From a virus (Duplodnaviria; Caudoviricetes): 50,807 nt of DNA. Shown here one piece after another: positions 9,335 through 18,027 of the stretch; position 1 is the first letter of the stretch, and every line of letters starts with the position of its first letter. A program made the position numbers and the translations under genes. The DNA lies in the IMG/VR virus record IMGVR_UViG_3300035014_000028, positions 1 to 50,807 of that record. One strand, 5' to 3'. Below the pieces are notes generated by a model. That model had not been told where the DNA came from. It did not search any database and saw only the letters and a program-made list of their open reading frames with translations.

Positions 9335-9976
9335 ATGAGCGATTTCCACGAGGTCCGCTTTCCGCTCGACGTCGCGCGCGGGGCGCGGGGCGGGCCGGAG
9401 CGGCTGACCCAGATCGTCACGCTGGCGTCCGGCCGCGAGGTTCGTAACAGCCGCTGGGCCCATTCGCGCCGGCGCTACGACGCCGGTCTCGGCGTGCGCA
9501 CGCTCGATGCGCTGGCGGCGGTCGTCGCTTTCTTCGAGGAAAGGCGCGGCCGGCTCTACGGCTTCCGCTGGCGCGACCAGCTCGACTGCAAGAGCTGCCC
9601 GCCCTCGCAGGTGCCGACCGCCATCGACCAGACGCTCGGCATCGGCGACGGCGTGACCGCGAGCTTCCAGCTCGCCAAGGACTACGGCACGGGCGCCTCG
9701 GCCTATCGCCGGGCGATCACCAAGCCGGTCGCCGGCCAGGTCGTCGTCGCCGTGAACCGCACGGTCAAGACGCAGCCTGACCAGGTCTCCTGTGACTATA
9801 CGACCGGTCTTCTGACCTTCGCCGCCGGGCATGTGCCCGCGAGCGGCGCGCTGGTCTCAGCCGGCTTCCAGTTCGACGTGCCGGTGCGCTTCGACACCGA
9901 CGCGATCGAGATCGATCTTTCGGCCTTCGAGGCCGGCGAGATCCCGAAGATCCCGGTCGTCGAGATCATCGCCTGA
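9335..9976 (+). CDS. GTA DUF2460 distal tail protein (g12-like)
   Basis: FHEVRFP, GGPER, NSRWAHSRRRYDAG, FFEERRGRLYGFRWRD, FDVPVRFDTD. Confidence 0.92.
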   Translation: MSDFHEVRFPLDVARGARGGPERLTQIVTLASGREVRNSRWAHSRRRYDAGLGVRTLDALAAVVAFFEERRGRLYGFRWRDQLDCKSCPPSQVPTAIDQTLGIGDGVTASFQLAKDYGTGASAYRRAITKPVAGQVVVAVNRTVKTQPDQVSCDYTTGLLTFAAGHVPASGALVSAGFQFDVPVRFDTDAIEIDLSAFEAGEIPKIPVVEIIA

Positions 9977-9986
9977 GGAGGCCGCC

Positions 9987-10709
9987 ATGAGAGACGTTCC
10001 GGCCGCGCTCGCGGCCCATCTGGAAGGCGGCGCGACGACGCTCTGCCGCTGCTGGAGCCTGACAAGGCGCGACGGGCTCGTGCTCGGCTTCACCGACCAC
10101 GACCGGCCGCTCTCCTTCGACGGCGTGATTTTCGCCGCCGCGACCGGGTTGGAGGCGGCCGAGAGCTCCGCCGAGCTCGGCTTCGCGATCGGCGGAGGCG
10201 AGGTCGCGGGCGCCTTCGCCGCGACCGGGCTGAACGAAGCCGATCTGGCGCGCGGGCTCTATGACGATGCGCGCGCTTCGGTCTGGCTGGTGAACTGGGC
10301 CGATGTCTCGCAGCGGCTGCTGCTCGACACCGGCTTCGTCGGCGAGATCAAGCGTGGCGATCTCGGCTTCACCGCAGAGATCCGCAGCCTCGCCAAAGCC
10401 TTCGACGAGGAGCGCGGCCGGCTCTACATGCGCGCCTGCTCGGCCGATCTCGGCGATGCCCGTTGCGGCGTCGCGCTGAGCGGGGTCACGGGTACCGTGG
10501 CGAGCAGCGACGGCCGTATCGGTCTGACCGCGCCAGGACTTGGTAGCCATGCCGACGACCGCTTCACCGGCGGCCGGCTCGTCTTCATCTCCGGTGCGAA
10601 CACCGGTTTCGCGACCGAGGTGAAGCGGCATTCGGCCCGCGACGGCGTCGTGGCCTTCCAGCTCTGGCAGGCGCCCCCAGTGGCGATCCAGGCTGGCGAC
10701 GCCTTGTAG
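9987..10709 (+). pseudogene. GTA DUF2163 baseplate-hub gene (g13-like), truncated by prophage insertion
   Basis: TTLCRCWSLTRRDG..LGFTDHD and CSADLGDARC present; the frame stops at ...GDAL* where prophage TG begins, lacking the usual C-terminal GCDK...C...NFRGFP segment. Confidence 0.85.
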
Positions 10710-10773
10710 CGCGAACTTTCAAATGGCATCGAGCGAACGATCAAATGGCAACAGACGCCAGATTTGGTCACCC
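10705..10773 (+). repeat. Prophage right end: terminal TG and transposase-binding repeats (R1/R2-like)
   Basis: TG at 10705-10706; GCGAACTTTCAAATGGCA (10711-10728) and GCGAACGATCAAATGGCA (10733-10750), 16/18 identical, 22-bp period; possible degenerate inverted third copy near 10756-10773. Confidence 0.85.
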
Positions 10774-11454
10774 CAAGGAGTTTGCTAACAATCGTAGATA
10801 TGTCGCTGCTTCAGTCAGCGGGTTCGGGCCGACCAGATCTCCTTCGAACGCGATCGTGCGAGGGCCCCTTTCTTCTACTGGCGGTCGATTAAGACGCCGC
10901 AGCAGCTCACGTTCCAGAGCGAGCATGTCTGACAAGAGGTCGCGTCGAAACTCCCCGATTACGGCCTCCCGCTTCTCGGAAGCTAACCGGCGATGGTTGT
11001 CCATCAGCTGAGCCTTCGCGCTCTCCGGCAGGCCTGCTGTAGCGGGAAAACGGTCATAGGCCAGCAGTCGGCGCTCGAGATCGATCATCCGATGAGCGAG
11101 GCGCTCTACTTCGCTGCGAATTGCGGGGCGCGTTTCTCGCTGCAGAATTTGCACTCTATCAGGTTGAGCCACGCGCTCCCGAGCTTCGAGCGACACCTGA
11201 TCCACAAGCGCATCGAGTTTCTTTTCGGCAGAGCGGGCGTTCTCGACCGCTCGTCCTTCGCGCTCAACAGCTCGCTCCTCATCAAACGCGGCAACCCACC
11301 ACCCGATGATTGAGAGCACCAGTGCGAGTAAGCCAAAGAGCACCTGCCAATTGGGCAGCTGATAGATCGACATTCCTGACGACAACAGCACCGTCGCAAA
11401 CGGAATGATGGTGCGCGGGCGTATCCAAAATCGAGGCGCAGGGAGAAAGTTCAT
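10768..11454 (-). CDS. Hypothetical membrane-anchored protein (two N-terminal TM segments, charged helical C-terminus)
   Basis: 228 aa; ATGA-coupled to methylase stop; AT-richer codons than structural genes. Confidence 0.65.
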   Translation of the reverse strand: MNFLPAPRFWIRPRTIIPFATVLLSSGMSIYQLPNWQVLFGLLALVLSIIGWWVAAFDEERAVEREGRAVENARSAEKKLDALVDQVSLEARERVAQPDRVQILQRETRPAIRSEVERLAHRMIDLERRLLAYDRFPATAGLPESAKAQLMDNHRRLASEKREAVIGEFRRDLLSDMLALERELLRRLNRPPVEERGPRTIAFEGDLVGPNPLTEAATYLRLLANSLG

Positions 11455-12245
11455 ACTCGATCCATGATCACTAATTCCCGAACCCGCTTGGCCTTATCTG
11501 CCCCGCCCGCCTGATAGCTGAGATCAACCGTCTCGATCGTCGCCCAGCCGAACAGCGCACGGACCTCGGGCACGTCGTTCAACGTCAGGATGAAGCGGCC
11601 TTGAAGGCCCTGTAAAGCAGCACTGAGCCGCTCGAAGTCTGCCCGGTCGAATAATCCACGGCCATAGTAGTGCTCGGTGCCCCAATAGGGCGGGTCGAGG
11701 AAGAAGAGCGTCCCTTTGCGGTCCCACCGCTGGATGAAGGCGTGCCAGTCCAGGCACTCGATCCAGACGCCGGCGAGGCGCTCGTGAACGGCTTCAAGCT
11801 GCGTCGCCAGCCTGGTGATGTCGAAGCGAGCTGGGCCGGCCGTGTCGATGCCGAAGCTGCGGCCGGCCACTTTGCCGCCGAAGCTGAGGCGCTGGAGGTA
11901 GAGGAATCGGGCCGCACGCTCCAAGTCGGTTAGCGTCTCCGGATCCTGGGCGACTAGGCGCTGGAACTCGGCGCGGCTCGTCACCTGCCATTTCAGCATG
12001 TCCAGGAGTGCCTGGTAGTGGCGCTGCAGGATGCGGAACAGCGTGGCGATGTCACGCGACGCGTCGTTGATGACCTCGACCTTCGGCCGGCTCGGCCGAC
12101 GCAGGAAGATGCCGCCCATTCCAACGAAGGCTTCCGCGTAGGTCGTGTGGTCAATGGTGCCGATCCGCTCAACGAGCGTGCGGGCCAGCTGCTTTTTGCC
12201 GCCGATATAGCCGGTGACGGGTGAGATGGGTCGGATGTCGTTCAC
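11451..12245 (-). CDS. D12-class N6-adenine DNA methyltransferase (Dam-like), in the position of Mu mom
   Basis: YIGGKK, YAEAFVGMGG, EVIND, RAARFLYLQRLSFGG, FFLDPPY. Confidence 0.93.
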   Translation of the reverse strand: MNDIRPISPVTGYIGGKKQLARTLVERIGTIDHTTYAEAFVGMGGIFLRRPSRPKVEVINDASRDIATLFRILQRHYQALLDMLKWQVTSRAEFQRLVAQDPETLTDLERAARFLYLQRLSFGGKVAGRSFGIDTAGPARFDITRLATQLEAVHERLAGVWIECLDWHAFIQRWDRKGTLFFLDPPYWGTEHYYGRGLFDRADFERLSAALQGLQGRFILTLNDVPEVRALFGWATIETVDLSYQAGGADKAKRVRELVIMDRV

Positions 12246-12265
12246 GATGTCTTAGAGCCTGATAG

Positions 12266-12371
12266 CGCCTGCTCTGTCGCGGCCTCGCGGCCGCCGTGGC
12301 GGGCGATGTGATTTCAGTCTCGTCGAGCGGCAGATCCGCCAAGATTGCAGCCGCTGGAGCCGCAAGGCTCC
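12266..12371 (+). ncRNA. Candidate four-hairpin structured RNA antisense to the methylase leader
   Basis: Consecutive stems CGCCTGCT/GGCGGGCG (inner GCGGCC-TCGC-GGCCGC), GATG-T-GAT/GTC-T-CGTC, AGCGGC/GCCGCT and GGAGCC-GCAA-GGCTCC; G-U pairs and a GNRA loop favour the + strand. Confidence 0.45.
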
Positions 12372-12433
12372 CCTGTCACGTTGCTATATGCTGCTGATGG
12401 TGCATTGGCTCGGTCGGACCCGGCCAGGATCGT

Positions 12434-12865
12434 TCACCCCTCCGCCGGGAGGCCTTTGAGGATGCGGTTGCGGCGTATCGCCGTCAGCATCTTGCCATCG
12501 ACGAGTGCCTGCATGCCGTCGATCAAGCGCTTGTCGCTGAGGTCGATGAACTGCGCTCCGAGCGCTCGATCATACCAGAGGCCCAATGCGGCATCGGCCA
12601 TGGCAGCTCGCTTAATCGCAAGCTGCTCGTCCTCGGTGAAGAGATCCATGAACTGCAGGAACGAAAGGGCTGGCCTCATGCCTACCGTTTCGACCGCAGG
12701 CGGCGGGGCGAAACTTTGGCCGTCAACCACCCATCCGATCTGGACATCGTCACGATCCGGCGTTGCCGTCCAGAGCGCGGCATAGGCGTCATCGCCCCAC
12801 ACGACCGGCTCATCGCTTTGCAGGAGATCGACGACGACGCCGTTCTCGACTCGCACATAGTTCAT
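12434..12865 (-). CDS. Tail fibre-associated / assembly protein
   Basis: MNYVRVENGVVV, VQIGWVVDGQSFAPP, FMDLFTEDEQ; directly downstream of tail fibre. Confidence 0.7.
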   Translation of the reverse strand: MNYVRVENGVVVDLLQSDEPVVWGDDAYAALWTATPDRDDVQIGWVVDGQSFAPPPAVETVGMRPALSFLQFMDLFTEDEQLAIKRAAMADAALGLWYDRALGAQFIDLSDKRLIDGMQALVDGKMLTAIRRNRILKGLPAEG

Positions 12866-13992
12866 CAGGCGACCTTTCGATGGCGGATGATGACGAAGCC
12901 AGCGCCGCCGGCGCCGCCGTCATAGGTGTTGGCCGCCGTGCGTGCACCGCCGGCGCCACCGGCATTTGGCGCTGCGGCCGAACCACCCGACGAGGCGGAG
13001 TTGGACGTGCCGGCTCCGCCGAAGCGACCGGGCGCGCCGTTCCCGCCATAGGCAACGCCCGCGCCGTTGCGCGAGCGGCCGGGGTGCCCGGAATTGCCGG
13101 TCGTTCCGAAGGAGTTGGAGGCCGCGCCGGTACCCGAGCCCCCGATGCCCCCAGGCTGGCCGGCGCCGGCGGCGCCGCCGGCGCAGGATAGCGTGAACTT
13201 GCCCGACACGCCGCATGTGGTCGAACCACCCGGCGCCCCTGGAGCACCGGCGGCACCGCCCGCGCCAGGCACCCCGATCGTTCCAGAGATGACATCTCCA
13301 GGAACGACGGCTTGCCCCGCGATCGTGGTCGCGCCTTGCGCCCCGCCGCCGCCGGACTGGTCAGCAGTGCCATCGGCACCCGACCCGCCCCCGCCAGCAC
13401 CGCCCATGTCGATGTCGACCCAATAGACGCCGGCCGGCACCGTGTAAGACCACGCTCCAGGCGTATTGAAGACGTTCAGCGCATAGGGGTTGTTGGCGTT
13501 GGCCTGCGAGACCGAGATCAACTGATACTTCGCGCCATCGTCGACCACCTCAAGAATGTCACCCGCGAGCCAGGCATTGGCGAGCGGGTCCGCGCCAAGA
13601 AGTTTCACTGGGAAAGCGCCAGGCCCAACGTTGAGAGTGACTGCCCCGCCGGGGGCCGCAGATGCCGCCTTCAGCCGCAGCGGGGCACCAATCAGTTCAG
13701 CACGGGCCGCCGGAGCGGGGTCCAGCGCCGCAACGAGGGCATTTGACGAACCACCGACGGCGGCAACAAAGTTACTTCTCTGGCGCTGCAAGGCTTGGGC
13801 AAGCTGTGTCGTCTGGCCACTGCTGCCAACAATCCCAGCCTTCTCGATGGCGGCCATGAGTTCTTCTTGAACCTCATTGTGCCACCCTGCGGCCAGCTCT
13901 GTTCCGGGAATCCCGGCGACAGTATCCTTACCGCGAAAGCCGCGCCGGCCGCCGCCCAAATCGATCGTGTTGACACCAGTGATGCGGTCCAT
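12865..13992 (-). CDS. Tail fibre protein with C-terminal glycine-rich domain
   Basis: Mu-type N-terminus (MDRI...WHNEVQEEL..IEKAG); YTVPAGV..GAGGGG...GGAGFVII Gly-rich block. Confidence 0.85.
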   Translation of the reverse strand: MDRITGVNTIDLGGGRRGFRGKDTVAGIPGTELAAGWHNEVQEELMAAIEKAGIVGSSGQTTQLAQALQRQRSNFVAAVGGSSNALVAALDPAPAARAELIGAPLRLKAASAAPGGAVTLNVGPGAFPVKLLGADPLANAWLAGDILEVVDDGAKYQLISVSQANANNPYALNVFNTPGAWSYTVPAGVYWVDIDMGGAGGGGSGADGTADQSGGGGAQGATTIAGQAVVPGDVISGTIGVPGAGGAAGAPGAPGGSTTCGVSGKFTLSCAGGAAGAGQPGGIGGSGTGAASNSFGTTGNSGHPGRSRNGAGVAYGGNGAPGRFGGAGTSNSASSGGSAAAPNAGGAGGARTAANTYDGGAGGAGFVIIRHRKVA

Positions 13993-13999
13993 GTCGCCC

Positions 14000-14602
14000 T
14001 CAGAGGTAGCGGAAGGCGACTTCGGTATGGGCCGGCTTGGCCCTGCGAATGTCGCACTCGACGTCGGAAAGGATGATGTCGAGCAGAAGATCGCCGCATT
14101 GCGCGTCGTCGGCCTTTGCGACCGTCTCGCCGAGCAGTGCGAGTTCGACGGTCCAGCAGAACTGCTGCGGACTCTCGATTAGTTCGTCGCCAGCGACGGC
14201 GACGTCCGCCATAGAGACGCGGTTCTCGATGATGGTGATGGCGACGCCGCGCTTGGCCGCCAGCGCCACGAAATAGGGGATCGAAGCTCCGCCGCGCGCT
14301 GTCCATCGCTGATGCGCCAGGCGCCGCCGCTGCTCCAGCGACATGGTCGAGGTATCGCGGCCACAGGGGTCGGGGCCGAGCACACGTTCGAAGTCGGGCA
14401 GGAGCAATGTGGCAGTGCGGGGATCGATCTCCTCCATCATCGCCTCGGCCGTCGCCTCCAGTTCTGCGACGCCCTGCGCTAGCGGCTGGAACAGCGTCTC
14501 AAACAGGCTGACCGGCGCGTTCTGAGCGACATGCGGCCAAACCCAGCCGCGCGGCGCGTTGGCGACGATGCCGTCCTGGACCTGGTGGGTAGGGCGGCTC
14601 AT
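14000..14602 (-). CDS. Baseplate wedge protein, Mu gp48/YmfQ/DUF2313-like
   Basis: PRGWVWP, EIDPRTAT.LLPDFERVLGPDPC, ECDIRRAKPAHT. Confidence 0.88.
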   Translation of the reverse strand: MSRPTHQVQDGIVANAPRGWVWPHVAQNAPVSLFETLFQPLAQGVAELEATAEAMMEEIDPRTATLLLPDFERVLGPDPCGRDTSTMSLEQRRRLAHQRWTARGGASIPYFVALAAKRGVAITIIENRVSMADVAVAGDELIESPQQFCWTVELALLGETVAKADDAQCGDLLLDIILSDVECDIRRAKPAHTEVAFRYL

Positions 14603-15696
14603 GGCAGCCAGGTGATCGCGCCGCGAAGGGCGAGCTCGCGCGGGGCGCAGACGATGTCGGCCGCCGGTACCGGCAGCTCGTGCGAATACTCGCCGCTGGC
14701 GGCCGAGATCGCCTCGGAGAGGCGCGAATGCGGCAGCGTGCCGCCGATCGCCGATTCGCGCGCGAAAATGTCGTCGAGGGCGGCCGTGACGGCCGCGCGG
14801 TTGACGAGCGTGTCCGGCGTCAGCTTGATCGAGAAGGCCTGGACCTTGGGGATGTAGGCGAGGACGTAGACCTCCGCCGTCACCGGGCGCAGCGTCGCGA
14901 GATTAGCGGCGATCGCGGTGAGCTCGCCGCCGGTCGGCGCCACCGGCACGGCCGGCGTGCCCATCGCCACGACGACGGCGAGGCTGCCCGGACCGACCCA
15001 GCTCGGGATCACCGCGACCTTGCTGGCCGCGAAACTGGCCTGGACCCAGTCTGGATAGTCGAAGGCCGCGCCGCCATGGCCGGGCTCGCGGATGACGGCG
15101 AGCAGCCGGGCGAGCAGGCTGTCGTCGTCCTCCTCGGCGACGCCGCCGGCGAGCCCGCCGGCATCGAGTGTCGCCGTCTGCGGGTCGAGGCCGGCGAGGG
15201 TAGTGACGATCGGCAGCACGGACGCGGCCGGCGCGTTCGCGGCGCTGCCGCCCTCGGTCGCCTGGAGATAGAGGGTCGCCGCGCCAGTCCCGTCGAGCAC
15301 GCCACCGGCGACGGTCTCGACCAGCGCGCCCGCGGGCATCCGCAGCTGCAGCCCGGCCGGAATGACGGTGGCGGCGACGCCGGTGAAGGCGGCATAGCCG
15401 ACGGCCTTGGTCGACGGCCGCCGCGTCACGCCCCAGATCGAGGCGTGGCGTACCAGGTGCTCCGCCTCGGCGCTGTCCGGCATGTACTGGTCGCCCCACC
15501 AGCGCAGGTGCAGATGGGTCTCGAAGAGGCTCTCCGCATCGGTGCGGACATGGGCCGCGACCAGGCCCTTTTCAGAGCGGACGGCGCGCTCGATCGCCGC
15601 TGGCGAGACGTTCGGCTTCAGCGCTTGCAGCGCCGCCGACATCGCGGCCTCCTGGCTCTCGGCGAGGGCTTCCGGCGTCGGCAGCGGGAACGGCAT
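14599..15696 (-). CDS. Baseplate J / Mu gp47-like protein
   Basis: QYMPDSAE..L.RHA, GG..EEDDDSLLARLL, PGHGGA..DY..W, RPVTA. Confidence 0.9.
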   Translation of the reverse strand: MPFPLPTPEALAESQEAAMSAALQALKPNVSPAAIERAVRSEKGLVAAHVRTDAESLFETHLHLRWWGDQYMPDSAEAEHLVRHASIWGVTRRPSTKAVGYAAFTGVAATVIPAGLQLRMPAGALVETVAGGVLDGTGAATLYLQATEGGSAANAPAASVLPIVTTLAGLDPQTATLDAGGLAGGVAEEDDDSLLARLLAVIREPGHGGAAFDYPDWVQASFAASKVAVIPSWVGPGSLAVVVAMGTPAVPVAPTGGELTAIAANLATLRPVTAEVYVLAYIPKVQAFSIKLTPDTLVNRAAVTAALDDIFARESAIGGTLPHSRLSEAISAASGEYSHELPVPAADIVCAPRELALRGAITWLP

Positions 15697-16160
15697 CAGC
15701 CGACCCTCCGCTTCATCTCGACCGCGGTGCCGGCGACGACGCAGCGCAGCGCCAGCGTATTGCGGGCGATCCACTCCGCCGAGACCGTCGCGGCCTGGCC
15801 GAGCTCGTCCTTGGCCCAGGCCAGTGCCTCTTCCGCCCAGATCTCGGCGAAGCGGCGCGTGCTCTCGGTCTGCTTGGCCCGGTTCAGCAGCCAGATCCGC
15901 GAGCCGATCTTGCGGCCGAGCGGATCGAGCGCGTCGCCGATCCAGCCGCGGCGCGCGACGAACGAGGTCGAGGCGTTGAGCGCGTCGACGCCGTCGGGAA
16001 GCTCGTCGTCCGGCTCGGCCCGGCGGTCCGTGCCGAGCGAGATCAGCATCGGCGTCGCCGGGGTCTCGTCGAGCACGAGATCGCCGTCGGCGCCGAGCTG
16101 GAGATCGGCACGGCGCGTCTCCGGATCGAAGATCAGGGCGGCGTCGAGAAAGGCGGACAT
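15696..16160 (-). CDS. Mu gp46-like baseplate protein
   Basis: ISLGTDRRA, RRGWIGD, IGSRIWLLNRAK, AEEALAW. Confidence 0.9.
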   Translation of the reverse strand: MSAFLDAALIFDPETRRADLQLGADGDLVLDETPATPMLISLGTDRRAEPDDELPDGVDALNASTSFVARRGWIGDALDPLGRKIGSRIWLLNRAKQTESTRRFAEIWAEEALAWAKDELGQAATVSAEWIARNTLALRCVVAGTAVEMKRRVG

Positions 16161-16166
16161 GGCGCG

Positions 16167-16215
16167 AAACTGACGCGCGCGCGCGAGCCGGGACAGGCCC
16201 CGAATTCGGGGCCTC
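16167..16215 (-). promoter_or_regulatory. Putative late promoter (activator-binding palindrome plus -10) upstream of gp46
   Basis: Perfect palindrome AGGCCCCGAATTCGGGGCCT 16195-16214, 22 bp, then CAGTTT, 6 nt, ATG. Confidence 0.75.
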
Positions 16216-16780
16216 AGACCGCGGGCTCGGGATCCGGCCCGACCACCGGCAGGACCGAGCAGAAGATGCCGGCGGGCGTCACCACGAGATAATGGGTGCC
16301 GACGCGCAGCTTCGCGTAGCCCGGCCGGACCACCACCCGCGGCGCGCCGGTGCCGGTGCCGATCGCGCCGACGATGCGATCCTCGGTGATCTCGCAAGTC
16401 ACGGTCTTGACCTTCGACTTCACCCGCTTCGTCGAGGTCGATTCGATCGAGCCGTCGGCCTTGATGTGGGTGCGGTCGCCCTTGAGGTTGTGCATGGCGG
16501 CCTCGCCCTCGGCGAGATTGCCCAGCCGATGGCCGGGATTGGCGACCGGGATCCCGGCCAGGTCGCCCTGGTCGCCGCCGACGGCGAGCACGATCATGCT
16601 GCCGCCGGCCGGCGAGCGCGAGGCGAAGCCGAAGGGCTGCGCGATCTCGACATCGGTCCGGTCGACGTGACGGTGCACCGTCACCGACGCCGTCTGGCTG
16701 CCGCCGGCGTCGTTGGTCGAGCGCACCACGCTGCGCGCGATCATGCCGCGATAGGCGTGGGCGGTTTCGGGATCGCTCAT
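16214..16780 (-). CDS. Mu gp45-like baseplate spike protein
   Basis: QPFGFASRSP, VGGDQG, RLGNLAEGEAAMHN; synteny. Confidence 0.88.
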   Translation of the reverse strand: MSDPETAHAYRGMIARSVVRSTNDAGGSQTASVTVHRHVDRTDVEIAQPFGFASRSPAGGSMIVLAVGGDQGDLAGIPVANPGHRLGNLAEGEAAMHNLKGDRTHIKADGSIESTSTKRVKSKVKTVTCEITEDRIVGAIGTGTGAPRVVVRPGYAKLRVGTHYLVVTPAGIFCSVLPVVGPDPEPAV

Positions 16781-18027
16781 GTCAGTGGCCTCGCGGTGCC
16801 GTCGAGCTTGCCGGAGCTCGATGTCGTCGCCTTGCCGCTGCTCTTCTTGGCGCGGCGGTCGCCCTCCGGCAGCAGGTCGTAGGCTTCGGGGCCGGTCATC
16901 CGCAGCTTGGTCTGCTCGCCGCGATCGCCATAGGACAGGCGCACGCCGGCCAGCAGCATGTCGCGTTCGATGCGGGCGAAGCTGTCCTTCACCATCGAGA
17001 GCGTGTTCGGCTTCCAGAGCTGGCCGCCGAGGCCCGCGCGGAAGCCGCGATAGACGTAATCCTCCTTGTCGCCCTTGCCGCGGCGGGTCCGCATCTCCCA
17101 CTCGGCCTGGCGCTGGGCATCGAAGGCGTTGGCCTTGGTCCGCGCCATCGAGATGTGCGGGCGCCAGCGCGTCACCTCGCCGTCCCTGGCATGCCCCATC
17201 ACGAGCGCGCCGGCGCCCTCGGGCACGTCCTCGTCTGCGGTCGACGACGTCGACGACGTCGCGGGCGGCGCATCGAGCGGCTCGGCGGTGGCGTCCAGCG
17301 CCGCGGTCTTGGCCCGCTTGCCGGCGTTCTTCTCCGACTGCCCCTTGACGAAATAGTCGCTGAAGCGCTCACGGCCCGAGAATGATCCGCGGGCGCGCGT
17401 GACGTTGCCGGGAAAGGCGATGTCGTCGGCGGCGCGCTCCTGGCCGGAGCGGGTGATCACGAGCGTGCCGACCCGATCGGTCGTGACCAGCACGCCGCGC
17501 TGCTTGGCGTATTTGGCGATCGCCGACAGCACGGTCTCGCCGGCCTCGACCACGCATTTGTCGAATTTCGGCCCGACGTCGACATCGGCACGGACCTTGA
17601 TGCCGAAGGGCTTGCACAGCTTCTCGGCGAACTCGGTCAGGCTGATGTCGCGATATTCGTGCTTGCCGCGCGGATCGGGCGGACAGTCGACCAGGTCGCC
17701 GGTGAGATCGCGGCCGATGATCGTCACGCTGTTGCCGGAATTCCCCGCCTCGGGCAGGACGTCGTCGACCCAGCCGATCAGCCAGGTCTCCTTGTCGATC
17801 AGGATCTCGCACTTCGCGCCCCAGTCGAGCGGGCCTTCGCCGGCGACGCCGGTGGCGAAGTCCCAGCTCTCGATCGAGCGCGTCTCGTCGCGGAAGGTCA
17901 GCTCGAACGAGGCCGACAGCTCCGAGAGGTCGTGGGTCAGATCGGCGCGCACCCATTGGTCGAGCTTGCGCCCGTCGATCGCGAGCACGATTCGCCGCGT
18001 CGGTTCGCTCGCCGGGACCGCCAGCAT
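16777..18027 (-). CDS. Mu gpP/gp44-like baseplate hub protein
   Basis: GRDLTGDLVDC, GETV, RERFSDYFVKGQ, QAEWEMRTRRG, LWKPN. Confidence 0.9.
   Translation of the reverse strand: MLAVPASEPTRRIVLAIDGRKLDQWVRADLTHDLSELSASFELTFRDETRSIESWDFATGVAGEGPLDWGAKCEILIDKETWLIGWVDDVLPEAGNSGNSVTIIGRDLTGDLVDCPPDPRGKHEYRDISLTEFAEKLCKPFGIKVRADVDVGPKFDKCVVEAGETVLSAIAKYAKQRGVLVTTDRVGTLVITRSGQERAADDIAFPGNVTRARGSFSGRERFSDYFVKGQSEKNAGKRAKTAALDATAEPLDAPPATSSTSSTADEDVPEGAGALVMGHARDGEVTRWRPHISMARTKANAFDAQRQAEWEMRTRRGKGDKEDYVYRGFRAGLGGQLWKPNTLSMVKDSFARIERDMLLAGVRLSYGDRGEQTKLRMTGPEAYDLLPEGDRRAKKSSGKATTSSSGKLDGTARPLT

Larger units (their letters stand above)
1..10704 (+). other. RcGTA-like gene transfer agent structural gene cluster (head and tail modules), interrupted at its 3' end by a prophage
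   Basis: Gene order terminase-portal-small ORFs-HK97 protease-capsid-connector-adaptor-DUF3168-tube-chaperones-short (199 aa) tape measure-DUF2460-DUF2163 matches the RcGTA g2-g13 order; no integrase or replication genes in this part. Confidence 0.9.

Noticed and set aside
1-10704. A second, independent siphovirus prophage
   Set aside because: The very short tape measure, DUF2460/DUF2163 order and host-like codon use fit a GTA; no integrase or replication genes are seen here.
12246-12433. Com-like zinc-finger translational activator gene
   Set aside because: No CxxC...CxxC ORF found upstream of the methylase.
12865-13992. Diversity-generating retroelement or invertase system acting on the fibre
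   Set aside because: No reverse transcriptase, template/variable repeat pair or serine invertase seen in the window.
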